NCBI GenBank assembly: GCA_000442015.1
Contig: KE561068.1
Location: 62,001-113,517, forward strand
DNA from: Rozella allomycis CSF55
Taxonomy: Eukaryota
Direction: 5' to 3'
DNA length: 51,517 bases
A program made the position numbers and the translations under genes. The notes beneath the pieces were generated by a model. It did no database searches. It was given only the letters and a program-made list of their open reading frames with translations, and had not been told where the DNA came from. Shown here piece after piece: positions 25,807 through 37,957 of the stretch. Within the stretch, counting starts at the first letter, position 1; each line of letters starts with the position of its first letter.

Positions 25807-27238
25807 ATGTCGCTATTTATTTCATTCAATGGATTCGAAGCAAAATTTACAGCAAGACAAAGTCAAACATTAATGGAAATAGTTAAGGAAGCATGTTCAC
25901 ATTTTAATATTGAAGAATTCTACCTTTATTGTTTTCGGTAAACTTACGATCAAAAATAGCCAGACAAGGGAAGACAAACTTTGATAACACCATCACTATG
26001 AAATCATCTGGATTAACTAATGCAGCCCATGTCGATTTGGTGCGTTATTTGGACTGTGTACCAAATGATACTATAGAACTTGCTTTGCAAGTTGTGGACG
26101 AAGGCCGTGTGAATCTTAAAGTCCGAACAGTCGATTCTTTGTGGGATATACTACTGATAGCCGAAAGAGAGTAATTTATTTACAACTTAACTTTATCTTA
26201 GATATCCAAACTTAAATTTTACCAAGAGATGCAAAGAGTCTATATACATGATGCCTGTTATCACTATATTAAATCAAACTGTATGGTTTAATTGTAGTCC
26301 ATTATAGTTTGACTTTATTGACTTGTTGATGAAAATTAAATTGTATTGTCTTGGCATAAAGAAAGGGAGGATACTATGTAGATTAATGTTTAAAGAGAGT
26401 GAGAATAATGTAGAGAGTTATTTACCTATAATGGAAAATTACGCATCGGATAATAACAGGATTGATATAAAAAATGAGAATGTGCTGCCAGCAAACTCAG
26501 GCCCTTTGGATAATCCAAAAAACATGATTTCGGAGAATAACACTGGAAGCCAATCTGCTGAAGTAGACATTTTAAATAATGGAGAAGATAAAGTTCTATT
26601 TGATAGGCGTGTTCAGGTTTTCCAGCCGTCAGAAGTGAACGATATTTGTAAAGATATTTAATTAAATAGAAAGGTGACTTACCTGATAATTTTTATGAAT
26701 TGACCCCTGAAGAAGCTAAAGCACAATATCTTCAAATGGCCAAGAAAAGAAATGAATTGGAAAATGCACCTCTTAAAACAAAGTCAATAAGGGAAAAAGA
26801 GATCGAACAAAGAAAGTTGAAATACCCAAAAGTAAACAATAATATTTCTCTTATCAGGCTACTTTGAGGTTTAAGTTTCCAGATGAAAAGATAATTCAAG
26901 CGACTTTTCTATCTTCAGAAACTTTGTCGAACATTGTTGACTTTATTAAATGCTCATCAACAGAGGAAGATTTTGAACTGTTTGTATCGCCACCAAAAAG
27001 AATTTTAGCAAATAAAGATGCCACATTATTTGACATGAAGTTGGTGCCCGCTGCATTAATTTATGTTTCAAGTCGCAAAAATAGTACAAAATTGTTACAA
27101 AGTATTTTAGTTCAACTTAAATCTAGTTTTTTAGAATCCGTAAAGGACCTTCCATCAAAATCGAACACAGAAACACAATTCACTTCTACATCAGTAAAAC
27201 CTTCAACAAAGCCGAAATGGTTAAAACTATTTAAATAA
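25807..27238 (+). CDS. TUG/ASPSCR1 (Ubx4-like) UBX-domain protein
   Basis: N-terminal TUG-UBL1-like exon (TLMEIVKEAC..SGLTNAAHVDL), DLPDNFYELTPEEAK, PLKTK, LRFKFPDEKIIQATF, C-terminal KPKWLK. Confidence 0.85.
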
Positions 27239-27255
27239 ATTTGCTATTTATTCAT

Positions 27256-28486
27256 TTAAATGTTAGAAAAAATGAAAACACCAGAGTTTTCGTACTTTCT
27301 TGTCAAAATACCTTTTCCAAGAAAAAAATACAGAGCTTCATTAGAATCTCCTTCTTTATAGCATTCTTTAATGATTAATTTGAGCTCATTTATCTCCCAG
27401 AATTTTGTTTTCGAATCGATTAAAAAATGTAGAAAACTTAAATGGCATTTTGATGGTCCTTTAATAGGGAAAGGTGAATCCTTTATTAATAAACTAAGCA
27501 AGTCGCTGATTTAAGTATATCAATAACTATTTACCGCAAGCGAATGCTTAAGAGCCTCCTATTACTCATATCCCTTAAAGCAATGTTTAAATCATTAAAC
27601 TTTCCAACTCTTTCCTCTGCGTACTCTCTGTAAAAATTCTTATTTTATTATAAAAAGGACATTACAGAGTCTTCTTCACAATTAACTTTGGGACCCAAAA
27701 GAGTAATTAATTTATCGCGCCTTTTCAAAGAACTTTCTTTTAAAGCTTTCAAATTAACTTTATTTTCTTTAATTTTCCGCAAAAGTTCGCATTTTTCTTT
27801 TATTCTTCCTTGATTTTTCACTTCGGCCCCAACTTTTTCATCAATAAGTGATGTTAAGCGAGAAACCTTTGAAAATGATCAAACAAGATTACATTATCAG
27901 ATGTTTTAGCAATTTTGATTTCTAATTCGTCAATCATTGATCTTTCGCGATAAATTTTGTCGTTCATCAAGCCTACATTTCGTTCTTTGCTTAACACCAT
28001 GCCTTTCTAGTTTCATTCACATAACTATACTTTTACGCTCTTTTTCAGCTTTCTAATACCCTCTTTAACTAGTTCTAACTCTGCCTTTCTACATTCGAAA
28101 TGTTCTTTATATCCACAAAGCGCAATCCCACTTCATTTTTAAGACCTTAAGCAAATACCATTTTTCAAATATATTTTCAAGGTATTCAACAGTTGCTTCG
28201 CTGATTTCTTCAAACTCTCGACCCTTATTCAAGTCGGGGGGAATTAGTTGATGAAAAATGTCAATTTTTCTATTCACATCGTATTGATTTCTTACGGACT
28301 TATCAAAGATTTTCGTCTGTCTTTATTTCCCATCCTCAAGTATTCCTCGTGCTCTAGAAGAAATAGCCTGTTAGCATTCCCGATCTCATCTACAACCACT
28401 TTTGGATACTCTGTAGAATTTGGGAATTTTAATAAAACGCTCTCCAGATTGTTTATCTGCTTGTCAATCCTTTCCACTAAATCCAT
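27256..28486 (-). CDS. Hypothetical coiled-coil protein with a possible C-terminal winged helix; 6 introns
   Basis: Short GT-AG introns link ORFs 28292-28513 and 27256-27501 into one frame; no confident family. Confidence 0.65.
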
Positions 28487-28998
28487 GTAATCACGAATTT
28501 TACATGTACCCAATTGACCATTTTCTAGATTTAAGAAAACAGAATCTAAATGGCGTTGAATTCCATTGTGAATGTAAAACGGATTTGCTGTTTTGAAAAG
28601 TGCTGTTTTGCAAAATCAACCATGGAAGGACTAAGGAGAGACTTGCCCATGTTATATCCATCGCACAAAAAAGATACAACTCAATGAGTTTGTAAATGAA
28701 GTTGAATTGGACTGTGGGCTGCAGATTTTTGTTCACAGATGTTTGAACATTGCGGGGCTTAGTATGAGGCTTAAGTTATTGTTGACAGGTAAATTTATTA
28801 TCAAGACCCATACACGTTTTTATAAAAGAACTTTAGGCGTTTCCCTGCGTTGCTTTTGTCCCTAGACAAGTCCAACCACGCTCAACTGACAGTACTTAGG
28901 CGGTCTGATAAACTAAGCATATTTCTGGCGGTTTCAATTAAGTCCGCATTCTCAAATCTCAAGGTTGTGAACTTGTGATAGCAATAGAGGCATTGTCT

Positions 28999-29053
28999 GT
29001 CCATGATTTGTCCATAGTTAAGATTGGTCCATGATTTGTCCATAGTTAAGATT
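28999..29053. repeat. Exact 27-bp tandem duplication GTCCATGATTTGTCCATAGTTAAGATT (x2, 1-nt spacer)
   Basis: 28999-29025 and 29027-29053 read directly. Confidence 0.95.
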
Positions 29054-29461
29054 TTAAACGAGAACTGGTGAACAGGCCGGTCAATTTCTTGTTGTTGATT
29101 CTCAGCGGATGGTGATAGAAAGAGATTACAAGTACATAACTGTTGTGTCGTGTGACATGTCTTCTAGGAAAGTATCGGGAATTTTACAACTTTAGTTGGT
29201 TCGTTTGGAACTTCACTTTGTGTCGCCTGCAATTACATTTCGGTGTGGTACATATGAAAAATCTCTCTTCTTTAATTGTTGTGGCTTGTGCTTTATAATG
29301 TTCCTGCAGTAGCGTACTTTAGATATCTTTGATCTTAACTAGCATGGTACAGCACATATTTTTGCCTTTTGTTGTTTTGTGGGGGCCTTATATTTTTGAT
29401 GACAAATAAAATTAGAAAAGTGCCTGCTAATTGCTTCCTGTATCACCCGCGCCACCAATAA

Positions 29462-32400
29462 ATGAGGTCCTCTGAGTCAAAGGAGTCCAAACATCCTTAT
29501 CGTGAAAAGCCATTACCAGAACCCATCATACCTATGCCTATAGATCAATCCGTCTCAAATTCTAGGGTTAGCTCTGATAAAGATTACTGGTTCGAAATGG
29601 CGGCAAAGAACAATGCCGATGCCATGAAAAGTTTTTTGCAAAACATATTGGATGTAAACATTAAAGATAGAAAAGGCAGAACTGCCTTAATTGCTGCATC
29701 GCGATATGGTTCCACAGAGGTGGTAAAATGGCTTTGCTCGATAAATAATACAAATATAAATGAATCAGGTAAATCAAATGCCATGCTTTCAAAAAAGACA
29801 ATGAAGGACAATCCGCTTTGCATTTTGCTGTGATGGGCGGATCTGATTTCATGCAAATAGTAGAGTCCTTACTTTCTAAAGGCGCAAATACGGATAAGAG
29901 GAATAAAGTAATTCTTTATTGCATATAATATAGCATTCATGGACACCACTAATGATGGCTGCATACGACGGACAGTTGGGATTATGCAAAGTTTTAATGA
30001 CGTACGGTGCCGACCCTACATCAACGAATCAGCAAGGAAAAACAGTTCTGGATTTAGCACAAGAGTCGGGAAACCCAGATGTAATAGAATTAATTGAATC
30101 TGGTATTACATAAACTCCCAATTTATTTAGCCGTCTCAAAAATAATGGAGATGCCTGAAACCGCAATTGAAATGAGTTCCGCAGCCACAAGCTTGAACGA
30201 ATTAAATAGGAATTCTAATGTACCTGGGAGCTTACTTGCTCAAAGATCTCTTAGAAGAAAGCTAACGCGTCACGATCAACCACCAACACTGACAAAGCTG
30301 CCAAAAAGCCAAACATACCCCGAAAGAAAACGTCAAGATATGAAAGATGCCATTACGCCTCATCCTTCTATAAAGCCTGTTGATTCTATTAATGAAACTA
30401 CCTTTGCTGGGAGCTGCTGGAGATTCTTTTCGCTTATGGTGACTTTCTGGGCCCCTTCGTTCATTCTGTCATCTTTTGGAATGAAGGATCCACAAGTTAG
30501 GCAAGCATGGAGAGAGAAAATGGCATCATGTTTTATTATTTTGTTAGTTTCAGCGTTGCTAGCGTTTTTATCATTTGGCTTCTCTCAGTTGGTGTGTGTA
30601 CCGTATCCAAAAATCAGTACAAGTCAATTCCAAGGAATGACAGCTACAATTATAAGGGGAAATGTTTACGAGATGAATTCGCTGATCCAAGGTCATCATG
30701 GTGCATCAAAGTCAGCGTTACAAGGTTTTGTGGGAAATGACGCAAACCTGCCTTTTTCTGTGAGCAGTTTATGTCCTGCGGCATTGCCATCTAATGTTAG
30801 TTGTGCCAATACATTTTGTCACAGTACAGCAATGTTGGCTAAAGCAACGCCTATGGGCAAGTTGACGTACCGATGGGAAGATGTCCTTGGCAAAACTGGA
30901 TTTTTAGTGTTTGATGGAAAAGTCTATAATTTAAATTTATATTTACAAAGAGATAAAGGATTTTTAGGGGCAGATGTAAATAACGCACTACAAAAAGTAG
31001 CTGGGAAAGATGCTAGTAGAGAAATTATGGAGAATCCAATTTTGAGTAACGTTATTGGATGTTTAGATCAATTATATTTTGTCGGAATGATTGATGTATT
31101 AGAGCCCGGGTGTGTTGCTTCCAGACTTGTGATCATTATTTCCACTGTGATTTTATTCATTATAGTTGTTACAAAATTTATATCTGCGGTTGTTTTCAAT
31201 TGGTTTATATCGAATAGTCTTGGGAAAATCAGTAGAACTAAAATACCTAAAAGTAACGTTGTCATGCTTGTGACTTGCTACAGTGAGGGAACTGAATCAT
31301 TGAAAACTACATTTGATTCTTTAGTGGCAACTGATTATGACAATAGAAAGAAGTTATTGTTTGTAATTGCAGATGGAAATGTAATGGGATCAGGAAATGC
31401 TAAATCAACACCTGAATTGTGTAAAGATCTTATGGAATATGAACCCTGGTCGACTGATCCAGTACCCCAAGCGTATTGTTCAATAGCAGAAGGACCGAAA
31501 CAAATTAACATGGCAAAAGTATATGCAGGATGGTACGAACATGCCGGTAATAGAGTTCCAATGATTTTTGTTGAAAAATGTGGTGGACCATCTGAGGCGA
31601 ATGGACCAAAGGCAGGGAATAGAGGGAAAAGAGATTCACAAATTTTGTTAATGCAGTTCTTCAGTACCGTTACTTTTAATGAACGAATGACGCCGTTGGA
31701 CTATGAACTATTTTGGAAAATTCAAAAGTTGACTGGCCTTTATGCGATTGATTATGATATTGTAGCTATGGTTGATGCTGATACTCTAGTTAAAAGGGAT
31801 AGCATTAAAAGAATGGTATTTTCAATGGAAAGGGATCCCAAAGTTATGGGGTTATGCGGAGAAACAAAGATTGCAAATAAAAGAACCAACTGGGTTACAA
31901 AGATTCAGGTGTATGAATATTACATAAGCCATCATCTGGGTAAATCTTTTGAATCTATTTTTGGTGGTGTTACTTGTTTGCCAGGTATAAAAGATGAATG
32001 AAATCAAAAGGTTGCTTTTGCATGTATAGATTTAAAGTTAGAAACAAAGATGGGACTATCGTTCCCATTTTAGCTAATCCTGACATTGTTCAATCATACT
32101 CTGAAAACAAAATAGAAACTCTACACAAGAAGAATTTGCTGCTACTTGGGGAAGATCGTTATTTGACAACTTTAATGCTTCGCGCATTTCCCAAAAGAAA
32201 ATTAATTTTCGTTCCAAACGCCGTCTGCAAAACGTAATATATTTAGTCTTTCTCTAATCTTCAAGGGTCGTTCCCGATGAATTCAAAGTTCTATTGTCAC
32301 AAAGAAGAAGATGGATCAACTCAACAATTCATAATTTAATGGAGTTAGTGTTTGTAAGAGAACTTTGTGGTATATTTTGTTGTTCAATGCAATTTGTTGT

Positions 32401-33007
32401 TGTTTTAGAACTCATTGGAACAGTTGTGTTGCCCATTTCATTTCTCCTTTTGATCTTTTTAATATTCTACACTATAGTTCAACGATCTGTCGAAAATGCT
32501 CTCTCATTGTTATTTTTCGTAGCTACAATATTTTCGCAAGCCTTTCTCGTTATTTTTACAAAGAGAAAATTATCTTATGTAGGTTGGATGTTTGTATTCA
32601 TAGCTGGTATGGTAATTTGGAATTTTGTTCTTCCGTTGTACGCCTTTTGGCATTTTGATGATGTCAGCTGGGGTGCAACAAGGAAAATTCATGGCCCTGA
32701 CACTGGCCACGGGGATGGCACCCATGATGAGTCGTTTCAAAACAAAATCACTAAAAAATATTGGATAGATTATGAACAAGAAAGAATACAAAAAGAAAGC
32801 GCCAACAAAGAAATTCTTACTACTTCCACTCACCCTTCACAATTTCAAATGCGTTACAATCTTTCTAACCATGGATATAACATTAACCATCCTCAACCAC
32901 TTTCTCAGTCATTCAACCCTAGACGAGAAAGTGTATCTAATAGACGCTCTTCAATGGATAGACTAATTAACACTCCTTCGAATCAAAGAAAACCAAATAA
33001 ATATTAA
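29462..33007 (+). CDS. Class IV (Chs3-like) chitin synthase with N-terminal ankyrin repeats; introns 29769-29797, 29908-29933, 30103-30130, 31985-32010, 32234-32265
   Basis: About 5 ANK repeats ([35 protein letters not shown]). CHS motifs [46 protein letters not shown]. Confidence 0.9.
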
Positions 33008-33050
33008 ATCTAAAATTTCAATTTTTAATTTAAAATTTTATTATTTGCGT

Positions 33051-34050
33051 TTATTGTTTCTTTATTGGCTCAGAGATATTTGAATCCCAGGGATACGGTC
33101 CGCCTGCCACACAAAACTCCAAATCTTCTTTGGTGATAGAATCCCAATACTTGTAGACCATCATAACTGCAAGCAAATTAAATGTAGTCCCAAAGAAGAG
33201 CCCATCGATATAATGTGTGGCCATGTCGCATACCATGGTAGAAACGACAAAATTTAGAATCAAAGCCACGATGAAGGACAGGACTCCAAACAAAATATCA
33301 CCTTTTTAACAAGAGATGTTATTTTTACCTAATGGCCAACGATCATCCAGTGTATTCACAACAAGGAATATCTGGGTGATAATGTAAACAATAAGGGCAA
33401 GTCCGTTAACACAAAAATATATAATGAAAAGTGGAGTTGTCATATTAGGCCCGAGTCCCGCAAATTGAAGAAATGTACCAAGCGCTATAAAAAACACTAC
33501 CGCAAATACTCCAAGACCAGTCAATCGGAAAAATAGCAAGGATTGCCTGGTGCCATCTTCAGCCCATTGAAACCCAACAAATCCATTAAGTAATAAGATC
33601 CAAAACATTGAGGATATTAATGCCACGTGAACCGCCGTTATGACCTACTGTTTTTTCCATATTTTTATTACATTATATGCTGTGGAGCCAGTCGGGATGA
33701 TATTTGATAGCAATAGAAACTCTACGATAGTTAAAAAGAGATAGAGATAGAAAAATTGTACCATTTCCTTACGGCCTCATGTAGTTGAATTGTTTTACTT
33801 ACCGACGGCAGTGTATTTGCTCTTTATATTATAAATCATAATCAACGTCATTATTATTGCTATTATATGGACCACTAAAGTTGCTTTTATAACAATGAAA
33901 AATCAATTTACATGGTTGAAACATTAGAAACCCGTTGATATCGACATTTCTCGAGTAACAAGATGGATCATCCAATTTGATCGCCGAGCATAAAGGCAAT
34001 GAGGCCTGGGAGCAAAAATACGAAAATGATCCAAATGAAAATGTTGACAT
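33051..34050 (-). CDS. CHS7: Chitin synthase export chaperone; 4 introns
   Basis: FGSFSYFC..SLPLC, CYSRNVDI, YTAVGRKEM, LLLNGFVGFQWAEDGT, LDDRWPLGD, HYIDGLFF, MMVYKYWDSITKEDLEF. Confidence 0.95.
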
Positions 34051-34091
34051 TGACACACAACAAACTAATTAACAATATGAAATTTCGTAAA

Positions 34092-35976
34092 CTATCTCTC
34101 GAGAAGTTTATTTATACTTTTCAAAGCATCCACATTCCGTAGCAAATGAGATTCCTATTTCTAAAGATAAGATATATCACGTACTTCAGAGGATATTTTA
34201 GATAAGCCCGTTTCCAAATTAAGAATTAAATATTGAAATTGATTTATATCATCTTTTGACATGCGTGATTTATTTTCTTCAATAAATTTTAAAAATACAG
34301 CGCAAACTTCGTTAGTTAATGATAACATGACTTTGCTGAATGATGAATTTGGCAGTACAGTATACCATTCTCTGGACAAATGAATTAAATGTTTCATTGC
34401 ATTTTTAATGGAATTTTCTAGATTTATAATGATTGCATCCTTAAGAGGCAATTCAGCAGTTGTTAGCTGAGGACAGACAAATTTCAGTAGCGACTCCTTT
34501 TGTTTATCCTACGTTCAAATTATCAGAGATAATTACAATTTCTCCGAGAAATATTTTTATAGCCCGATCTCTAAATAATGGTATCAAATCTATGAAGGTG
34601 TCATTATCACGTAAACTTAAACGATGGTGATAGGCAAGTGTGGATAAATGATATGTAATGTACAAACAATCATTATGAAAAACCATGGCTCTTCTGGTAT
34701 CTTTTTCGATTTCTGATTTCCAATAATGAAATCCAATCGCCCAGTAGAGTTCTAGGATAGATCTACAATAAGAATATCTTTCTATCATCCTATTGAATAG
34801 CATTGATAATTTTACTTTTCTTGAGATCCTAGAATTTCATAAATCATTTCGACAATAGTTTGAACTTGAACGCTAACTTTGCATTTCTCTAACTTCACTG
34901 CTTTGTTAACATTTTCACGCGTTTTCTCACTATTTTTTACTTTTTCTTCCAACGAAAAATGCAAACCGCCTATTCACACCAAATTTATAATCCTTGCCTC
35001 TTTCAGTAGCATCGCTAACTTCTGTAATGTTCCTGTCACCGCTCGATAATAATTCCCTTATAGAATGTAGAATTTCATTTTTTCTTTTATTAAATAGTGA
35101 CCCTGTAGTCTCATGGAATAAATCCACTAGGTAATGAGGATCATGATGACAGTAGCCAAGTTCAATTATATTCTCTTCAAATGAGTTGATGTCTTCAATG
35201 TTTAATTTCTTCAAACTATCCTTCGCTTTTAAAAATAAATCATGAATTCTTTGAATAATGACAGATGAAATCATTTCAAAAATAACTGTGTACTCATCGT
35301 CGTAAAGTATATCACGTATGAATTTTAATATCAGCAGCAAGTTAATAAATATATTATCACAAGAATTTACTTTAGATTCTTTATTCCATTCCATTGAAGA
35401 GACTATCGCTCCAATGTTGACCTTTATTGCACCACTTTTTAATTCAATAAACGGAGCGACAAAGTTCATGCAAATAACTTCAGCTAACCAATCCAGTTTT
35501 TTTTCCAAATAAATTGATAAGCAAGAAGATTGGATTCCCTTTACTAAGTGATCCATAAACTTTTCTCCCCTTGAATCAATTATGTTGATTGTAATTGAAC
35601 AATGATGATCTGAAATTGATTCAAACTTTACAAAATCATTATGCTTATCTTCCCAATTTATAATAAAAATATTTCTTTTCATGGAATACATTCTTTTCAA
35701 AACTGGCTTCATTCTCGTAGACGTTTCTTGCAAATTCAAAACCAAGTCTTCAAGAACCTCTATGTCTTCTGAAATAAGATCTCGTTTCTGTAAATATGTG
35801 TGGATTTGATATATTTGAAACAAATACACATCTTCTGGTTTCTGTTGGGCGTGTGCTTTCAATGTATCTGTCATATCCAAGCAAAATCGGTCTGTATCAT
35901 CAAAATTTACATAAAAGGAATCCACTATCTCTGTTATTCTTGTCTTTAATTTAAAGCTTTGATCATCCAAAGTCAT
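34092..35976 (-). CDS. ZW10: ZW10/Dsl1-family kinetochore and tethering protein; includes GC-AG intron 34970-34997
   Basis: KCKVS, AMVFHNDCLYITYHL, TFIDLIPLFR, HLIHLSREWYTVLP match ZW10 C-terminal motifs. Confidence 0.78.
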
Positions 35977-36095
35977 TGTGAAATTTTGAGAAAAATCGGC
36001 CCACTGAATTGTTAAAGCATAAGCTTTTTTGAATTGAGAGTTTAAAAGTTAAACCTTATAGCACTAAAAAGCTTGAACTTAAAGTAAAGTTCATA

Positions 36096-36535
36096 ATGGC
36101 TAGAGTTTCTGCTGTGGCAAGAAAAACTCATGGGGCCAAGAAGAGAAGGCCAGCCCCTGTTGCCATTAAAAGAGTTTTTGTCCCTCCGAGGGTAGAAGAG
36201 CCTGTGAGAAAAAGGCGCGCCCGTCCCGGTGTGGTTGCATTGCGTGAAATTCGAAGATACCAAAAATCAACTGAATTACTTTTGAGAAAGCTGCCTTTCC
36301 AACGCTTGGTTCGGGAAATTGTTCAAGACCTTGGACAAGATTATAGGTTTCAATCCACAGCGCTATTGGCGCTTCAAGAGGCAACCGAGGCATATTTAGT
36401 GAATTTATTTGAAGTAATAGTTAATGGGATATATAAAAGGATGTGCAATATTGTGCTATTCACGCCAGAAGAGTAACAATTATGGTGAGAGATATCCAAT
36501 TGGCACTACGTTTAAGAGGAGAGAGAAAGGATTAA
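36096..36535 (+). CDS. Divergent histone H3 variant (CenH3 candidate); intron 36414-36439
   Basis: Histone fold [45 protein letters not shown]; non-canonical N-terminal tail. Confidence 0.92.
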
Positions 36536-36617
36536 ATAAATTAAGTTTTGCAATTATAATCTATAATTTTTAATATTTTCATCATAGTTTTAATAAAAAA
36601 TATAAATGTTCTCTTGA

Positions 36618-37817
36618 ATGCACCAAGCCACACAAATGGATTCGGATTTTTCATATGAAGAAAGCCTAGATTCAGAACAAGAGGCTTTAATTTACAGTCA
36701 TATATATTACAACCCTGATATATCAGCAACTATAAATGAAAACAAGGACAACGCGCGACATAGCGATGCGGATACTGACATCTTAATCAATATAATATCG
36801 GATGGGTCAGAAGAAAGTGATGAAGACGAAGGAAGTGAAGAGCTATCACGCAAAAAAGTAAAACTTGAAACTACAGAGTCTTCAGGGTCTGACGGCGACC
36901 TATTTAATGATGAGGTAAGATTCGTGTATAATTATCAAAGGATTCTCGATACTTTGGTGAAGGGCCCACATGCCATAAATGTGGACAAAAAGGTCATCTG
37001 AAGAAAGATTGCGACAGTGAAAATGTTTGTTTCTTGTGCGGGGAACTGGGACACTCTCGAGATACCTGTCCATATGAAATGTGCTTTAACTGCAATAATG
37101 TGGGGCACATTAGTCGAAATTGTCCCAATAGAAGGAAATCAAGAGCGAGGGATGATGATGAATGTGAACTTTGTAGATATAACGGGCATAAATATGATGT
37201 AACGAATCAAAAATGCATAAATTAAGGACTGTTCGCTTCTTTGGAGAATGTATTTCACAGCACCTTTACCAGCCGAAAATGAAGTTCGGCTGGCAAGAAA
37301 TTCAATTTCTATAAAGGTTTGCTTCACTTGTGGCTCTCAAAGCCACTTTGGTGACGTAATGAGCTATTTTTATTATAAGAAGGATTGCCCTGATAGCAAA
37401 GATCCCGGGGATGTGTCGATATTTCATGACCCATCAACTCACTTTATTTTAGAGAGCTTGTTTAAATTGAAGCCGACTCCTGAATATATAACTTCTGTTC
37501 ATACCTCACACTTAAATCCACAAGATGTTGTATCAGATATCGAGGCGGCAAACTTTGCTCCTGGATTCTTAAAATATCATTCCAAAAGAAATTCTAAAAA
37601 AATTGCCCGTACTAATAGACCAAAGCAAAAACAAACTTGTAAAAACGTTACCGCAAAGAAATTTGATAAAAATTTTCATGAAACAAAGTCCAATAATTTT
37701 CCCCGTGGTAGATCAAATAAACCAAAAGAAGCATTAATAGAATCAAGTAGTAGAAATAACCCTCCAAGGGCTGCCAAAAATAAACCTAGGTTTAAAGGGG
37801 GCTATGCTCGCAATTAA
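36618..37817 (+). CDS. Air1/Air2 (ZCCHC7)-like zinc-knuckle protein, TRAMP subunit; 3 introns
   Basis: RYFG, then five CCHC knuckles (CHKCGQKGHLKKDC ... CFTCGSQSHFGDDC) with LWRMY linker motif. Confidence 0.85.
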
Positions 37818-37957
37818 ATAAACATATAAATATAGTTTTGCTAGTATCAAAATTTTTTCCCCTCTACTGACTTATTTTGGTATTTTGTATATTGTTATTG
37901 TTCAATGTTGTTATCAGTTATTTGTTATCGTAGTTCTATTTTCAAAACAAAGTAGGT

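Noticed and set aside
28746-28765. RNase MRP CR-V-like motif ACATTGCGGGGCTTAGT
   Set aside because: No complementary GAAAGTCCCC-type CR-I partner found upstream.
34970-34997. GC-AG intron in ZW10 as a novelty
   Set aside because: GC-AG is a well-known minor class of U2-type introns.
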